A stretch of DNA of 64,000 nucleotides from Bacteroidota bacterium (GTDB lineage Bacteria > Bacteroidota > Bacteroidia > Chitinophagales > BACL12), in the NCBI GenBank assembly GCA_016718035.1, contig JADKEK010000010.1:120289-184288 (forward strand), given 5' to 3'. Below are positions 19,675 through 28,045 of the stretch, piece by piece (within the stretch, counting starts at the first letter, position 1; each line of letters opens with the position of its first letter). Made by a program: the position numbers and the translations under genes. Under the pieces are notes generated by a model. The model was not told where the DNA came from. It ran no database searches and saw only the letters and a list, made by a program, of their open reading frames with translations.

Positions 19675-20574
19675 ATGCATCCTACCACCCAAACACGCTT
19701 GATGCATTACAGTTTAATGGCTGGTGCAATAACTGTTGCACAAAAATCAAATGCACAAATTATTTATACCGATATTGAACCGGATATTTTATTATACCAA
19801 TATGTAAATGATTCAGAAGGCTGGGGTTATGTTGATTTGAATGATGATGATATTACTGATGTTGCTGTATTATTTGAAGTAGGATATAATTGCGGGTATT
19901 GCCCGTATTGGGTCGATTTCAGGGTGAATGTCAGCACACCAAACGAGGCTGCAGTTGCATTTGATGGGCCATGTACTTTGTCTACCGCTTACAGTGATGG
20001 CACCTGCTATGTGCCAGGTAGATGGTTAACCAATTTTTTGGTAGAAGGACAGGAAATTAATCCCGAAGGTGAATTTTTAAATAATGCACCTGAGTTATAT
20101 GATTTTAATTGTGGTGCATATGGTGGGCAATGTGTTCAAGGTTTTTTCAGAAGTGAATATAGTGCAACAGATGATCAATTTATTGCTATCCGATTAATTG
20201 AGATGGATACTAATTATTGCTGGGTACGTTTGCGATGGGAGGGGGACAAACTGTATTTAAAAGATTATACCTGCAATTTAAATGCAGGTGAAGGTTTAAT
20301 TATTGATATTCCTGAGCCATCGCCGGTGAACATCGAAAATGAAACATGGCAACCTGCAATTATTTCAACAAATAATAGTATTCAAATTCAATCGAATATT
20401 ATTCCGGAGAATGGTATTATTCAGTTAGTAGATATGCAAGGCCGAATTGTATATGCAACGGCATGGAATCAAAAAAAACATATTATTGAGACTGATTTAC
20501 CTTCAGGTTTATACATCTTAACGATACAGGACATTACCCATAATTATTCGCAACAAATTGCATTACCGTTTTAA
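19675..20574 (+). CDS. Uncharacterised T9SS cargo protein, paralog 4 (shortest: N-domain plus CTD only)
   Basis: Signal peptide. YTDIEPD...DLNDDDITD loop. FIAIRLIEMDTNYCWVRLRWEGDKLYLKDYTCN domain. T9SS CTD (IQLVDMQGRIVYA...LPSGLYILTIQD). It starts 4 nt after paralog 3. Confidence 0.75.
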   Translation: MHPTTQTRLMHYSLMAGAITVAQKSNAQIIYTDIEPDILLYQYVNDSEGWGYVDLNDDDITDVAVLFEVGYNCGYCPYWVDFRVNVSTPNEAAVAFDGPCTLSTAYSDGTCYVPGRWLTNFLVEGQEINPEGEFLNNAPELYDFNCGAYGGQCVQGFFRSEYSATDDQFIAIRLIEMDTNYCWVRLRWEGDKLYLKDYTCNLNAGEGLIIDIPEPSPVNIENETWQPAIISTNNSIQIQSNIIPENGIIQLVDMQGRIVYATAWNQKKHIIETDLPSGLYILTIQDITHNYSQQIALPF

Positions 20575-20612
20575 AAAATAAAACCCTCACAAATTTAATT
20601 GTGAGGGTTTTT
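20575..20612. terminator. Bidirectional rho-independent terminator
   Basis: aaaaaataaaa-ccctcac-aaatttaatt-gtgaggg-ttttt between convergent stops at 20574 (+) and 20639 (-). Confidence 0.7.
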
Positions 20613-20638
20613 ACTATATATTCTCCAACCTTTTATGC

Positions 20639-21085
20639 TTATCCTTCGATAACTTCAAAGTTTACCGGAATGTTGTGGTCTTTATCTAACGCAATGTGCG
20701 CAGTAAAGTTGCCTAAAGTTTTCACTTCATCAGGAAGAACAATTTTCTTTCTGTCAACAACTAATCCGATTTGTTTTTTGATTGCTTCAGCTAATTGAAC
20801 GTTGGTAATAGAACCAAAAATTTTATCGCTTGCACCTACTTTAGCGCCTACTTTAATAGTATTTGCTTGTAATTGCGCGGTAACTTCCTGGATTTTTTCG
20901 AGTAATTTACGCTCACGCGCAACTTCACCCTTTTGGCGTTCAACCATCATTTTACGGTTGCCTTCGTTGGCAATTACAGCTAACCCCCTTGGGATTAAGT
21001 AATTGCGGCCATAACCATCACGAACTTTTACAAGTTCATTGGCATCGCCTAAATTGTCTACGTCTTTAATTAATATTACTTCCAT
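20639..21085 (-). CDS. rplI: 50S ribosomal protein L9
   Basis: MEVILIKDVDNLGDANELVKVRDGYGRNYLIPRGLAV is the canonical L9 N-terminus. It is the last gene of rpsF-rpsR-rplI. Confidence 0.95.
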   Translation of the reverse strand: MEVILIKDVDNLGDANELVKVRDGYGRNYLIPRGLAVIANEGNRKMMVERQKGEVARERKLLEKIQEVTAQLQANTIKVGAKVGASDKIFGSITNVQLAEAIKKQIGLVVDRKKIVLPDEVKTLGNFTAHIALDKDHNIPVNFEVIEG

Positions 21086-21092
21086 AGCTCAA

Positions 21093-21359
21093 TTATTTTA
21101 AAAGGTCAGTTACGTAAGGTAAAATAGCAATCTGTCTGCCGCGTTTAATAGCTTGCGCTACTTTGCGTTGGTATTTCAGACTGTTACCTGTTAAGCGACG
21201 AGGTAAAATTTTACCTTGTTCGTTAACAAATTTCAATAAGAACTCAGGATTCTTGTAATCGATATACTTAATTCCGCTTTTTTTGAAACGGCAGTATTTC
21301 TTGCGCATCATCCCTAATTTGGGCGCTGCGAGGTATCTGATGTTTTTTCCACCTGCCAT
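21093..21359 (-). CDS. rpsR: 30S ribosomal protein S18
   Basis: [60 protein letters not shown] is the S18 signature. Confidence 0.95.
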   Translation of the reverse strand: MAGGKNIRYLAAPKLGMMRKKYCRFKKSGIKYIDYKNPEFLLKFVNEQGKILPRRLTGNSLKYQRKVAQAIKRGRQIAILPYVTDLLK

Positions 21360-21360
21360 A

Positions 21361-21753
21361 TTAAGCCTCCTCAGTTGCTTTGGTTAACTTATCTTGTGAA
21401 TTAGCGCCCGCTTTGGCTTTGCGTCCAATTTCACCGCGGCGCTTGCGTTCGTTATAGTCGATGGAATACTTGTCTAAGCGAATGGTTACAAAGCGTAATA
21501 CATTCTCATCACGGTTAAACTGGATATCCAATTTAGCATTGATGTCACTTGGGCCTTTGTACTCAAGCACATAATAAATACCTGTGCTTTTTTTCTTGAT
21601 TTTGTAAGCTAACTGCTTAAGGCCCCAGTGCTCTTCGGCAACTACTTCACCTCCGTTCGAACGAAGGAAGTCCTTGTAGGCTTCCTCGGTCCTCTTCACG
21701 TCGTCATCTGAGAGGACAGGAGTGAAAATGATGACTGTTTCGTACTGGTTCAT
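21361..21753 (-). CDS. rpsF: 30S ribosomal protein S6
   Basis: [20 protein letters not shown]...[25 protein letters not shown] is the S6 signature. It is the first gene of the conserved S6-S18-L9 operon. Confidence 0.95.
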   Translation of the reverse strand: MNQYETVIIFTPVLSDDDVKRTEEAYKDFLRSNGGEVVAEEHWGLKQLAYKIKKKSTGIYYVLEYKGPSDINAKLDIQFNRDENVLRFVTIRLDKYSIDYNERKRRGEIGRKAKAGANSQDKLTKATEEA

Positions 21754-21782
21754 TTTTTTGTTTGTTTTTAGAAAATGGACTG

Positions 21783-21790
21783 CAAAGATA
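21783..21790 (-). promoter_or_regulatory. Candidate -7 promoter box for rpsF-rpsR-rplI
   Basis: The reverse complement reads TATCTTTG (TAnnTTTG), 29 nt upstream of the rpsF start codon. Confidence 0.45.
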
Positions 21791-21881
21791 GCCTTTTTTC
21801 TTTAAGATTTACAAAAATTCCGTAAAATGGCGTTAAACCATTCCCTATCTTAGCGGTCAAAGTCCCAAAATCATATCAATT

Positions 21882-22733
21882 ATGAAGCAATTATTGTTCA
21901 AAACAACCATCATCTCTGCGTTTGCCATTGCGACGCTTGCGGGATGTAAAAAAGAAAACCTCGACACTGACACAACTATTGCTTTAGACAATTCCATCGC
22001 TGATGGGGCTTTTCAGGACATGATGGGCGTGGTGAGCGAACAGGCTACCAACGAAGGCTTGTCCGGGTTCACAATCGGCACTATTCACGCTAAAATTGCT
22101 GATGATTGCCCTACCGTTACCTTCAGCGAAGCATTAGGCGTTTTCCCGAATACGATGACCTTAGACTTCGGCACGAGCTGTGTCGGGTATATGGGCGTTG
22201 AGCGTTCAGGGAAAATTATGGCCACCTTCACCGGGTATTACAAGGATGCGGGCACGGTTATCACCCTAACCACCGATAACTACTATGTAAACGGCAGCAA
22301 GGTGGAAGGCACCAAAACCGTTATCAACGAAGGCCTTACTATTGAGGGACATCCTTGGTTTTCGGTAATTGTTGATGGAGGCCTCATAACCCTGGAAACC
22401 GGCGAAACGATTTCATGGAATAGTTCCCGTATGCGCGAGTGGACAGCAGGTTACGATACGCCTGAATTGGAAGATGATGTGTATGGCTTAAACGATGGTG
22501 TTGCGGCTGAATATGCTATTACGGGTGTTAACCGCAATGGAACTCCATTTACTGCGCATATTGCTCAAACCTTAGTAAAACGAATGGATTGCCGGTACAT
22601 TACCTCCGGTATTCTTGAAGTAACGCCTGAGGACATGACCACCCGTTCACTTGATTTTGGTGATGGTGATTGTGATAATAAAGCAACTTTAACAGTTGGT
22701 GAATTTTCAGCGGAGATTACACTGTTGTATTAA
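21882..22733 (+). CDS. Hypothetical lipoprotein
   Basis: Lipobox-type signal MKQLLFKTTIISAFAIATLAGCKKE. I recognise no domain. Confidence 0.6.
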   Translation: MKQLLFKTTIISAFAIATLAGCKKENLDTDTTIALDNSIADGAFQDMMGVVSEQATNEGLSGFTIGTIHAKIADDCPTVTFSEALGVFPNTMTLDFGTSCVGYMGVERSGKIMATFTGYYKDAGTVITLTTDNYYVNGSKVEGTKTVINEGLTIEGHPWFSVIVDGGLITLETGETISWNSSRMREWTAGYDTPELEDDVYGLNDGVAAEYAITGVNRNGTPFTAHIAQTLVKRMDCRYITSGILEVTPEDMTTRSLDFGDGDCDNKATLTVGEFSAEITLLY

Positions 22734-22760
22734 TTTGCCTCCAAACATAAAACCAAAACA

Positions 22761-22789
22761 AGCCGCCTGTATTTACGGGCGGTTTTTTT
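22761..22789 (+). terminator. Rho-independent terminator of the lipoprotein gene
   Basis: ccgcctgt-attt-acgggcgg followed by ttttttt. The T-run merges into the left inverted repeat of the repeat element. Confidence 0.65.
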
Positions 22790-22821
22790 GTTTCATCCAC
22801 CTCAGCGGACTGATAGCGCGG
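22781..22821. repeat. Left 41-nt terminal inverted repeat of repeat locus 1
   Basis: ggtttttttgtttcatccacctcagcggactgatagcgcgg. The reverse complement of 23680-23720 is identical at 40 of 41 positions, and the first 33 are perfect. Confidence 0.85.
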
Positions 22822-22917
22822 AGGTGCGGAGAGGGCGGAGAATGTTTGATATAAAAAACCATTTAATATTTAATCGGCTTACTAACTCAGCGTCTCCGCG
22901 TGAACCAGTTCAAAATT

Positions 22918-23671
22918 GTTTCTCGCAAAGACGCAAAAGTTTTTGATATGATGTTTTAAGTCTAAATAAAAAACCAATTCAAGCGCACAAAGTTACTATG
23001 CCTTGCAGCTTTGCGTGCTTGAAAACAATCCATATAGCACATCATTTATTCAAATTTCCTTAGCGCCTTTGCGAGAAATAAACTAGGAATGTTTCTCGCA
23101 AAGACCCACAGTTTTTTGTTATGTTATTTTAAGTTTAAATAAAAAACCAATTCAGGCGCGCAAAGGTTTAATTGGTTTACCAGCTTTGCGCGCTTGAAAA
23201 CAATCCATATAGCACATCATTTATTCAAATTTCCTTAGCGCCTTTGCGAGATATAAACTATGTTCCCTGCTCGAAAACCAGCACCATTTATTCAAATTTC
23301 CTTAGCGCCTTTGCGAGAAATAAACTAGGAATGTTTCTCGCAAAGACGCAAATTTTTTTGATAGGTTATTTTAAGTTTAAATAAAAAACCAATTCAGGCG
23401 CGCAAAGGTATAATTGGTTTACCAGCTTTGTGCGCTTGAAAACAATCCATATCGCACACCGTTTATTCAAATTTCCTTAGCGCCTTTGCGAGAAATAAAC
23501 TAAGAATGTTTCTCGCAAAGGCCCAAAGTTTTTTGTTATGTTATTTTATGTTTAAATAAAAAACCAATTCAGGCGCGCAAAGGTTTAATTGGTTTACCTG
23601 CTTTGCGCGCTTGAAAACAATCCATATCGCACATAATACGATTATTTAACCTTAGCGCCTTTGCGAGAAAC
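22918..23671. repeat. Tandem array of four ~165-240-bp palindromic units (repeat locus 1), ORF-free
   Basis: Units start at 22918, 23091, 23333 and 23508, each with gtttctcgcaaag, and each ends with ctttgcgagaaa(t/c). Unit 2 carries a 66-bp internal duplication (23218 vs 23284). Each unit contains a 13-bp GC-rich inner hairpin (e.g. 23153-23165 / 23184-23196). Confidence 0.85.
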
Positions 23672-23679
23672 AACCGGCA

Positions 23680-23720
23680 CCGCGCTTTCAGTCCGCTGAG
23701 GTGGATGAAACAAAAAAACC
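23680..23720. repeat. Right 41-nt terminal inverted repeat of repeat locus 1
   Basis: ccgcgctttcagtccgctgaggtggatgaaacaaaaaaacc is the reverse complement of 22781-22821 with one mismatch. Confidence 0.85.
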
Positions 23721-23741
23721 TCCCGAAGGAGGTCTTTATTA
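23713..23741 (-). terminator. Rho-independent terminator of the TPR gene and TonB-cluster transcript
   Basis: The minus strand reads gacctcc-ttcg-ggaggt followed by ttttttt. The T-run merges into the right inverted repeat. Confidence 0.65.
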
Positions 23742-23757
23742 TTTGATGTGTTCTTTA

Positions 23758-25362
23758 TTAATTCGTGCATTTAACAACCTGTTCCAATTCTTTCACAAAA
23801 GTATTTTCAGGGTCAATAGCTTTTGTTTTCATGATATAAATACAGGCATCAGTATTTTGCTCAATTGAATTATACCAGTAAGCACAATACAAATACGCTT
23901 CAATTAAATTCTTTTTATTTTTTTCGATATCTTTTTCAGCTACCTCAATATATTTTAAATAAAAAGGTAATGCACTTCCTTTAATCTCATCACCATCAAT
24001 GCGGCCTTTAGTTTTTGCACGTTGCAAATAACCGTCAGGAGAATTTGGTTGCATAATAATAAAGTTTGCATACGTAGTATCAGCATTTACATAATCACCA
24101 GTTTGGAAATAAGAACGACCAAGGAAATAAACATCAAGCGCACCTTCATCAAATTTAGTTATCAATTGATTGTAGGTTACAATAGCGTCAGCATATTTTT
24201 TAGTGTTGTATAAATACTTCGCATATTCAGCATACACTTCCTGAGTTGCAGTAGTGTCGTTAGACAATGCCATGCCATAAAAAAACATCGCTTTAGCAGT
24301 ATCTTTTACTTCCACAGCAAGCCTTGCTGAATAAGGATAATCCAGGGCGATAACTTTTTTATCCGGAATATTCCAATAAGATTGCACGGCTTTATAACCA
24401 TCAGCAAATAAAGTAGCTGAACGAGGTGCATCTATTTTGCGTAATGAATCACCAAAGTCGAAATGTGCCCAGTATAAAATTCTCCAAGCAATAAAGTTGT
24501 TAGGTTCATCAGCAATTATTTTAGTTGCTTCTTCAATAGCACAAGTGTAATCGCCAATCTGATAACAGGTAACTGCAGGAACAATACGAGCAGCTTTGTC
24601 TTCAGCATTCAGTTCAACATATTTATCAAAACATGGTTTAACCTTAGCATAATCACCGGCAAGGTAATATTCTTCACCAAGTTCTTTCCATGCAACAGCA
24701 ATGGTAGGATCTAATGCTACAGTTTTTTCATATTCGGCAATAGCGTCTTTATGGTTACCGGTTTTAGAGTGGATACGTGCAATACGCAAGTGCGTAACAG
24801 CAATATTATCATTCACTGTTCTTGCTTGCTCATATTTAGTCATTGCTTCGCTAGGTTTTTCGGAAGCAAGATAAGCATCACCATAAGCCAATAAGTTAAT
24901 TACTAAACTAGCATCGGTGCTATACGCAATGTCGAAGTATTTAATTGCTTCATTATTATCTATTTTGTAATAAGCTTCACCAATCTGGTAAAATATTTCA
25001 GCACTTTTTGATTTGCTTACTTTAATAGCGCTTTCAAAATTTTCTTTCGCCTCAGCAGGTTTGTTATTGAGTAAATTTAATTTACCCATAGCCACATAAA
25101 TGAGGGCGTTTTTATTTTCAACCAATTCGCTGGCTTTTTTGTAATAGATTTTTGCCGAATCGATACTACCGGTGATACTGTAAACATTACCTAAATAATA
25201 ATTTGTCTCCACGGTCGGTGCAGTAGCATTTAATCCGATAAGGATTTTTTTAGCTTTAAAATAAAATTCGGACTCTATCGCTTTTTTAGCATCCTGCACA
25301 GTTTGTGCCTGAATAGCACTCTGCATTAACAGTAAAGCGATGAATGTTTTAATGATTCTCAT
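23758..25362 (-). CDS. Tetratricopeptide-repeat (TPR) protein, secreted; last gene of the TonB cluster
   Basis: Signal peptide MRIIKTFIALLLMQSAIQAQ. Many TPR-like units are rich in A/Y/L (YYLGNVY, YQIGEAYY, GDAYL, LGEEYYLAGDY, YFLGRSYFQTGDY). Confidence 0.8.
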   Translation of the reverse strand: MRIIKTFIALLLMQSAIQAQTVQDAKKAIESEFYFKAKKILIGLNATAPTVETNYYLGNVYSITGSIDSAKIYYKKASELVENKNALIYVAMGKLNLLNNKPAEAKENFESAIKVSKSKSAEIFYQIGEAYYKIDNNEAIKYFDIAYSTDASLVINLLAYGDAYLASEKPSEAMTKYEQARTVNDNIAVTHLRIARIHSKTGNHKDAIAEYEKTVALDPTIAVAWKELGEEYYLAGDYAKVKPCFDKYVELNAEDKAARIVPAVTCYQIGDYTCAIEEATKIIADEPNNFIAWRILYWAHFDFGDSLRKIDAPRSATLFADGYKAVQSYWNIPDKKVIALDYPYSARLAVEVKDTAKAMFFYGMALSNDTTATQEVYAEYAKYLYNTKKYADAIVTYNQLITKFDEGALDVYFLGRSYFQTGDYVNADTTYANFIIMQPNSPDGYLQRAKTKGRIDGDEIKGSALPFYLKYIEVAEKDIEKNKKNLIEAYLYCAYWYNSIEQNTDACIYIMKTKAIDPENTFVKELEQVVKCTN

Positions 25363-25381
25363 TTTAGGTTGGTATTTATTT

Positions 25382-26296
25382 TTATTCTACTATATTAATT
25401 TTCCTTTCAGTCATCTTCTCAGGAATTAACCCTGCTTTTAAAATGATCCTTGAGGCTTTGCTTCTATATAAGAAGTTGACAAAACCCGTGCCTAATAATT
25501 GGGAGGTGTTTCCTTTAACAACGTTAACACTTCTCAAAAGCGGATATTTATTGGTCATTATGGTTGATTGTGACAATTCAGTTACAATACTTTTTCCGGT
25601 TGAATCGGTTTTGGCTACTGCTAATACCTTGTTGCCATTGAGTAATTGTTGGGCATTTGGGTCGTCGAAATCACTAATTTCAGCAAACGAAATAAACCCT
25701 ATTGCTTCCGGATTTGCCGCAATATACGCCACAAGTGTATCGGTATTATCTAACGAAAACAAATTTTTATAATTGCCACCGGCGTCGCCAATTAATTGTT
25801 TAATCATGCCGGTATTTTTGGTGTTAAACACAAATCCGGTTTTTTCGTATTTGCCGGCATATCCAGGTTTTGTGCTGGCAATAAACTCGTCGATATTAAA
25901 AATGGTGTCGGTGTTTTTTTGAGATGTAATTACGGCAATGGCTTCTTTGCCAATGGTAAATTGTTTAATCGCCACTCCGTTTACTTTTTCGAGAGCAGCT
26001 AATTCATTATCGCTCAATACGCGACCTGTAACCATCATGCGGGTTTTATCTTTCAGCATGGCATCCAGTATCATAGCATCGGAGCCGTAGGTTGGGGTAA
26101 TATCAGATTCGGGATAAACATTTTCGTACGACTGAATAAGTTCATCTAACAACACTTTATAACTTTCATCAGCATAAATACTCAGGGTGCCTTTGTTCAG
26201 GTTTTCTACATCCTTATCAAAAGATTTACTTTGACCGCAACCGGCGGCGAAGAGGGTTGCAGACAGCAGGAGCACTATGTATTTATTCGTTTTCAT
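25382..26296 (-). CDS. PstS-like periplasmic substrate-binding (PBP) lipoprotein
   Basis: The likely start is MKTNKYIVLLLSATLFAAGCGQ at 26296. The body (GTLSIYADESYKVLLDELIQSYENVYPESDITPTYGSDAMILDAM..., GFISFAEI) resembles phosphate-binding-protein-type PBP domains. Confidence 0.55.
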   Translation of the reverse strand: MKTNKYIVLLLSATLFAAGCGQSKSFDKDVENLNKGTLSIYADESYKVLLDELIQSYENVYPESDITPTYGSDAMILDAMLKDKTRMMVTGRVLSDNELAALEKVNGVAIKQFTIGKEAIAVITSQKNTDTIFNIDEFIASTKPGYAGKYEKTGFVFNTKNTGMIKQLIGDAGGNYKNLFSLDNTDTLVAYIAANPEAIGFISFAEISDFDDPNAQQLLNGNKVLAVAKTDSTGKSIVTELSQSTIMTNKYPLLRSVNVVKGNTSQLLGTGFVNFLYRSKASRIILKAGLIPEKMTERKINIVE

Positions 26297-26534
26297 CTTG
26301 TTCGCTGATGTCCTCATTGTTACTCTTGTAGGCCTGATAAACCCGAAATAAACGCAACAGGCCATAAGCTATTAAAACAATACCCAGGGCGTTGGCAAAA
26401 TTTTTCGGAATATCTGCACCAAGTGTTTTGAGAATATCCGGATTGCTGAGTATGTAAATGCCCATAAACAAATAAGCTACAGAGGCTACCAGTTTAAGTA
26501 CGTTTACTACGCTGCTAATTTCGTATTTTCTCAT
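26283..26534 (-). CDS. Small two-TM membrane protein with an acidic tail, function unknown
   Basis: The 83-aa ORF has two hydrophobic helices and an EDISEQDENE tail. Its 3' end overlaps the likely start of the PBP gene by 14 nt, which suggests translational coupling. Confidence 0.4.
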   Translation of the reverse strand: MRKYEISSVVNVLKLVASVAYLFMGIYILSNPDILKTLGADIPKNFANALGIVLIAYGLLRLFRVYQAYKSNNEDISEQDENE

Positions 26535-26550
26535 TTGGCTATAAAAATAA

Positions 26551-26580
26551 AACCATCTTTGGAATTACCCGCAGATGGTT
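26551..26580 (-). terminator. Hairpin between tonB and the downstream genes, a possible internal terminator or attenuator
   Basis: The minus strand reads aaccatct-gcgggtaattccaa-agatggtt followed by ttatttttat, 23 nt after the tonB stop. Confidence 0.4.
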
Positions 26581-26602
26581 TTATTAAATTTATGGTTGGC
26601 GA

Positions 26603-27451
26603 TTAATCACCTAATGTAAACTTAACCGGAACGGTATACCAAACAGCGGCAGGTTTACCATTTTGGCGACCCGGTGTCCAGTTTGGCATTTCCTTCACAA
26701 CGCGGAGTGCTTCCTCGTCGCAACCGGCTCCAATACTGCGCACAACGTGTGCCTGGCTAACTGCTCCTTTATCGTCTACAACGAATTTGATATACACGGT
26801 GCCTTCAATACCGTTATCACGCGCCATACGCGGATATTTGATGTTATCACCTAAATATTTATAAAGGTTTTTAACACCACCCGGATATTCCGGCATTTGT
26901 TCAAGGAAATCGTACACTTTTTTCTCTTCAACAACTGGTTGTTGTACCACTTTTACTTCTTCAATAACGATATCAGCATCTTCATCACCTTCCTGATTAA
27001 CGGTAGAGATGTCGGCTTTGATTTCGTCAACCGAAATAACTTCATCTTCAGCTACTTCTTCATCTTTTTTCACAACCATCTCCACGAATTTCACGGTTGG
27101 GCGGACTGGTGGTGGTGGTGGCGGCGGAGGTGGAGGAGGAGGTGCTTCTTCATCCAGCGGAGGTGGTTCGGTTAAAGTAACCACGCGCTCAATAGCCACT
27201 TCGTCAGATTTTTTCTTCAAAAACCCCAAACCCACATAACTAAAGCCTGTAAGCACTGAGCTCAGGCAGAAAATGAAGATGAGTGCCTTTACTGTGTTTC
27301 TTTTAGTCAGATGACGTAAAAAGAACGCACCATAAGACTTGTTGCGATTGTCGAAAACAATCTCATCCATGGTTTGGTTTAAATACTTTTTATTATCTTC
27401 CATAATCTCGGATAATTTTTTATTTGGATGCCTGTGGAACCGAAATTCCAT
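26603..27451 (-). CDS. tonB: Energy transducer TonB
   Basis: N-terminal anchor (NRNKSYGAFFLRH... TM helix). A run of 14 consecutive Pro. The C-terminal TonB domain is MPEYPGGVKNLYKYLGDNIKYPRMARDNGIEGTVYIKFVVDDKGAVS. The start is uncertain: Met codons at 27451, 27403 and 27370. Confidence 0.85.
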   Translation of the reverse strand: MEFRFHRHPNKKLSEIMEDNKKYLNQTMDEIVFDNRNKSYGAFFLRHLTKRNTVKALIFIFCLSSVLTGFSYVGLGFLKKKSDEVAIERVVTLTEPPPLDEEAPPPPPPPPPPPPVRPTVKFVEMVVKKDEEVAEDEVISVDEIKADISTVNQEGDEDADIVIEEVKVVQQPVVEEKKVYDFLEQMPEYPGGVKNLYKYLGDNIKYPRMARDNGIEGTVYIKFVVDDKGAVSQAHVVRSIGAGCDEEALRVVKEMPNWTPGRQNGKPAAVWYTVPVKFTLGD

Positions 27452-27473
27452 AAAACATCTAAAAATTATTTAT

Positions 27474-28034
27474 TTATTGTGGTGTTGGCACGATATCCAA
27501 CTTTCCACCATTGGCAATTGCTTCCACTTCTAAATCGGCGATGTCCTGAATGGCATAGATTTTAGTATTCGTAATATCCATTTCATCGAGAATGTCCACC
27601 ATATTTTTATAAGAAGCACCTTCGGTCATTTTAATGATAACAATCATTTTTTCCGGGTTACCATGTTTTCTGCCTACGTCTTTTTGTTTATCGTATAAAA
27701 CCTCTCTTACACCATCAGCAGCATAATTGGTGGTTTTCATATCATAAACAACCTGACCTTCGTAATACCAGATTTTATCGTCCTTATCTAACAATAAGTT
27801 GATTACCTGCGATTCCTTAACGTCGGTTTTCACCTGTTCGTCTTTTTTAGGCATATTCAGCTCCATGGCCACCGGCTTGTTCAGCGTGGTAGTCAACATA
27901 AAGAAGGAAATCAACAGGAACGCCAAATCCACCATTGGGGTAAAATCGACCCTGGTTGACATTTTTTTGGAACGAACCTTGCCTTTCCCGTGCTTACTGT
28001 GACTCCCTTTCTCGGGCGTTTGTATATCAGCCAT
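27474..28034 (-). CDS. exbD: ExbD/TolR family biopolymer transport protein
   Basis: TRVDFTPMVDLAFLLISFFMLTTT is the ExbD/TolR TM signature. It sits between exbD and tonB. Confidence 0.85.
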   Translation of the reverse strand: MADIQTPEKGSHSKHGKGKVRSKKMSTRVDFTPMVDLAFLLISFFMLTTTLNKPVAMELNMPKKDEQVKTDVKESQVINLLLDKDDKIWYYEGQVVYDMKTTNYAADGVREVLYDKQKDVGRKHGNPEKMIVIIKMTEGASYKNMVDILDEMDITNTKIYAIQDIADLEVEAIANGGKLDIVPTPQ

Positions 28035-28045
28035 AGCTAGTTCTT

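Noticed and set aside
23172-23384. A 70-aa ORF inside repeat locus 1, and similar ORFs at 55608..55916, 55825..56082, 55882..56232, 55944..56129, 58041..58250, 58282..58539 and 58299..58544
   Set aside because: These lie entirely in, or mostly in, repeat DNA. They occur on both strands and in several frames, overlap each other, and their peptides (…FAPLRETI…, …LCALENKPY…) are simply translations of the repeated words. None has a start context or recognisable protein features.
22781-23720. Could the repeat loci (also 55750-56216 and 58043-58355) be CRISPR arrays?
   Set aside because: There is no alternation of a short constant repeat with unique spacers. The whole 75-240-bp unit is conserved, units are internally palindromic, and no cas genes are in the window.
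27100-27145. A GGN/GGT low-complexity DNA tract (ggtggtggtggtggcggcggaggtggaggaggagg)
   Set aside because: It is the reverse complement of the poly-proline linker of TonB (14 consecutive Pro). This is an expected feature of TonB and not an independent repeat element.
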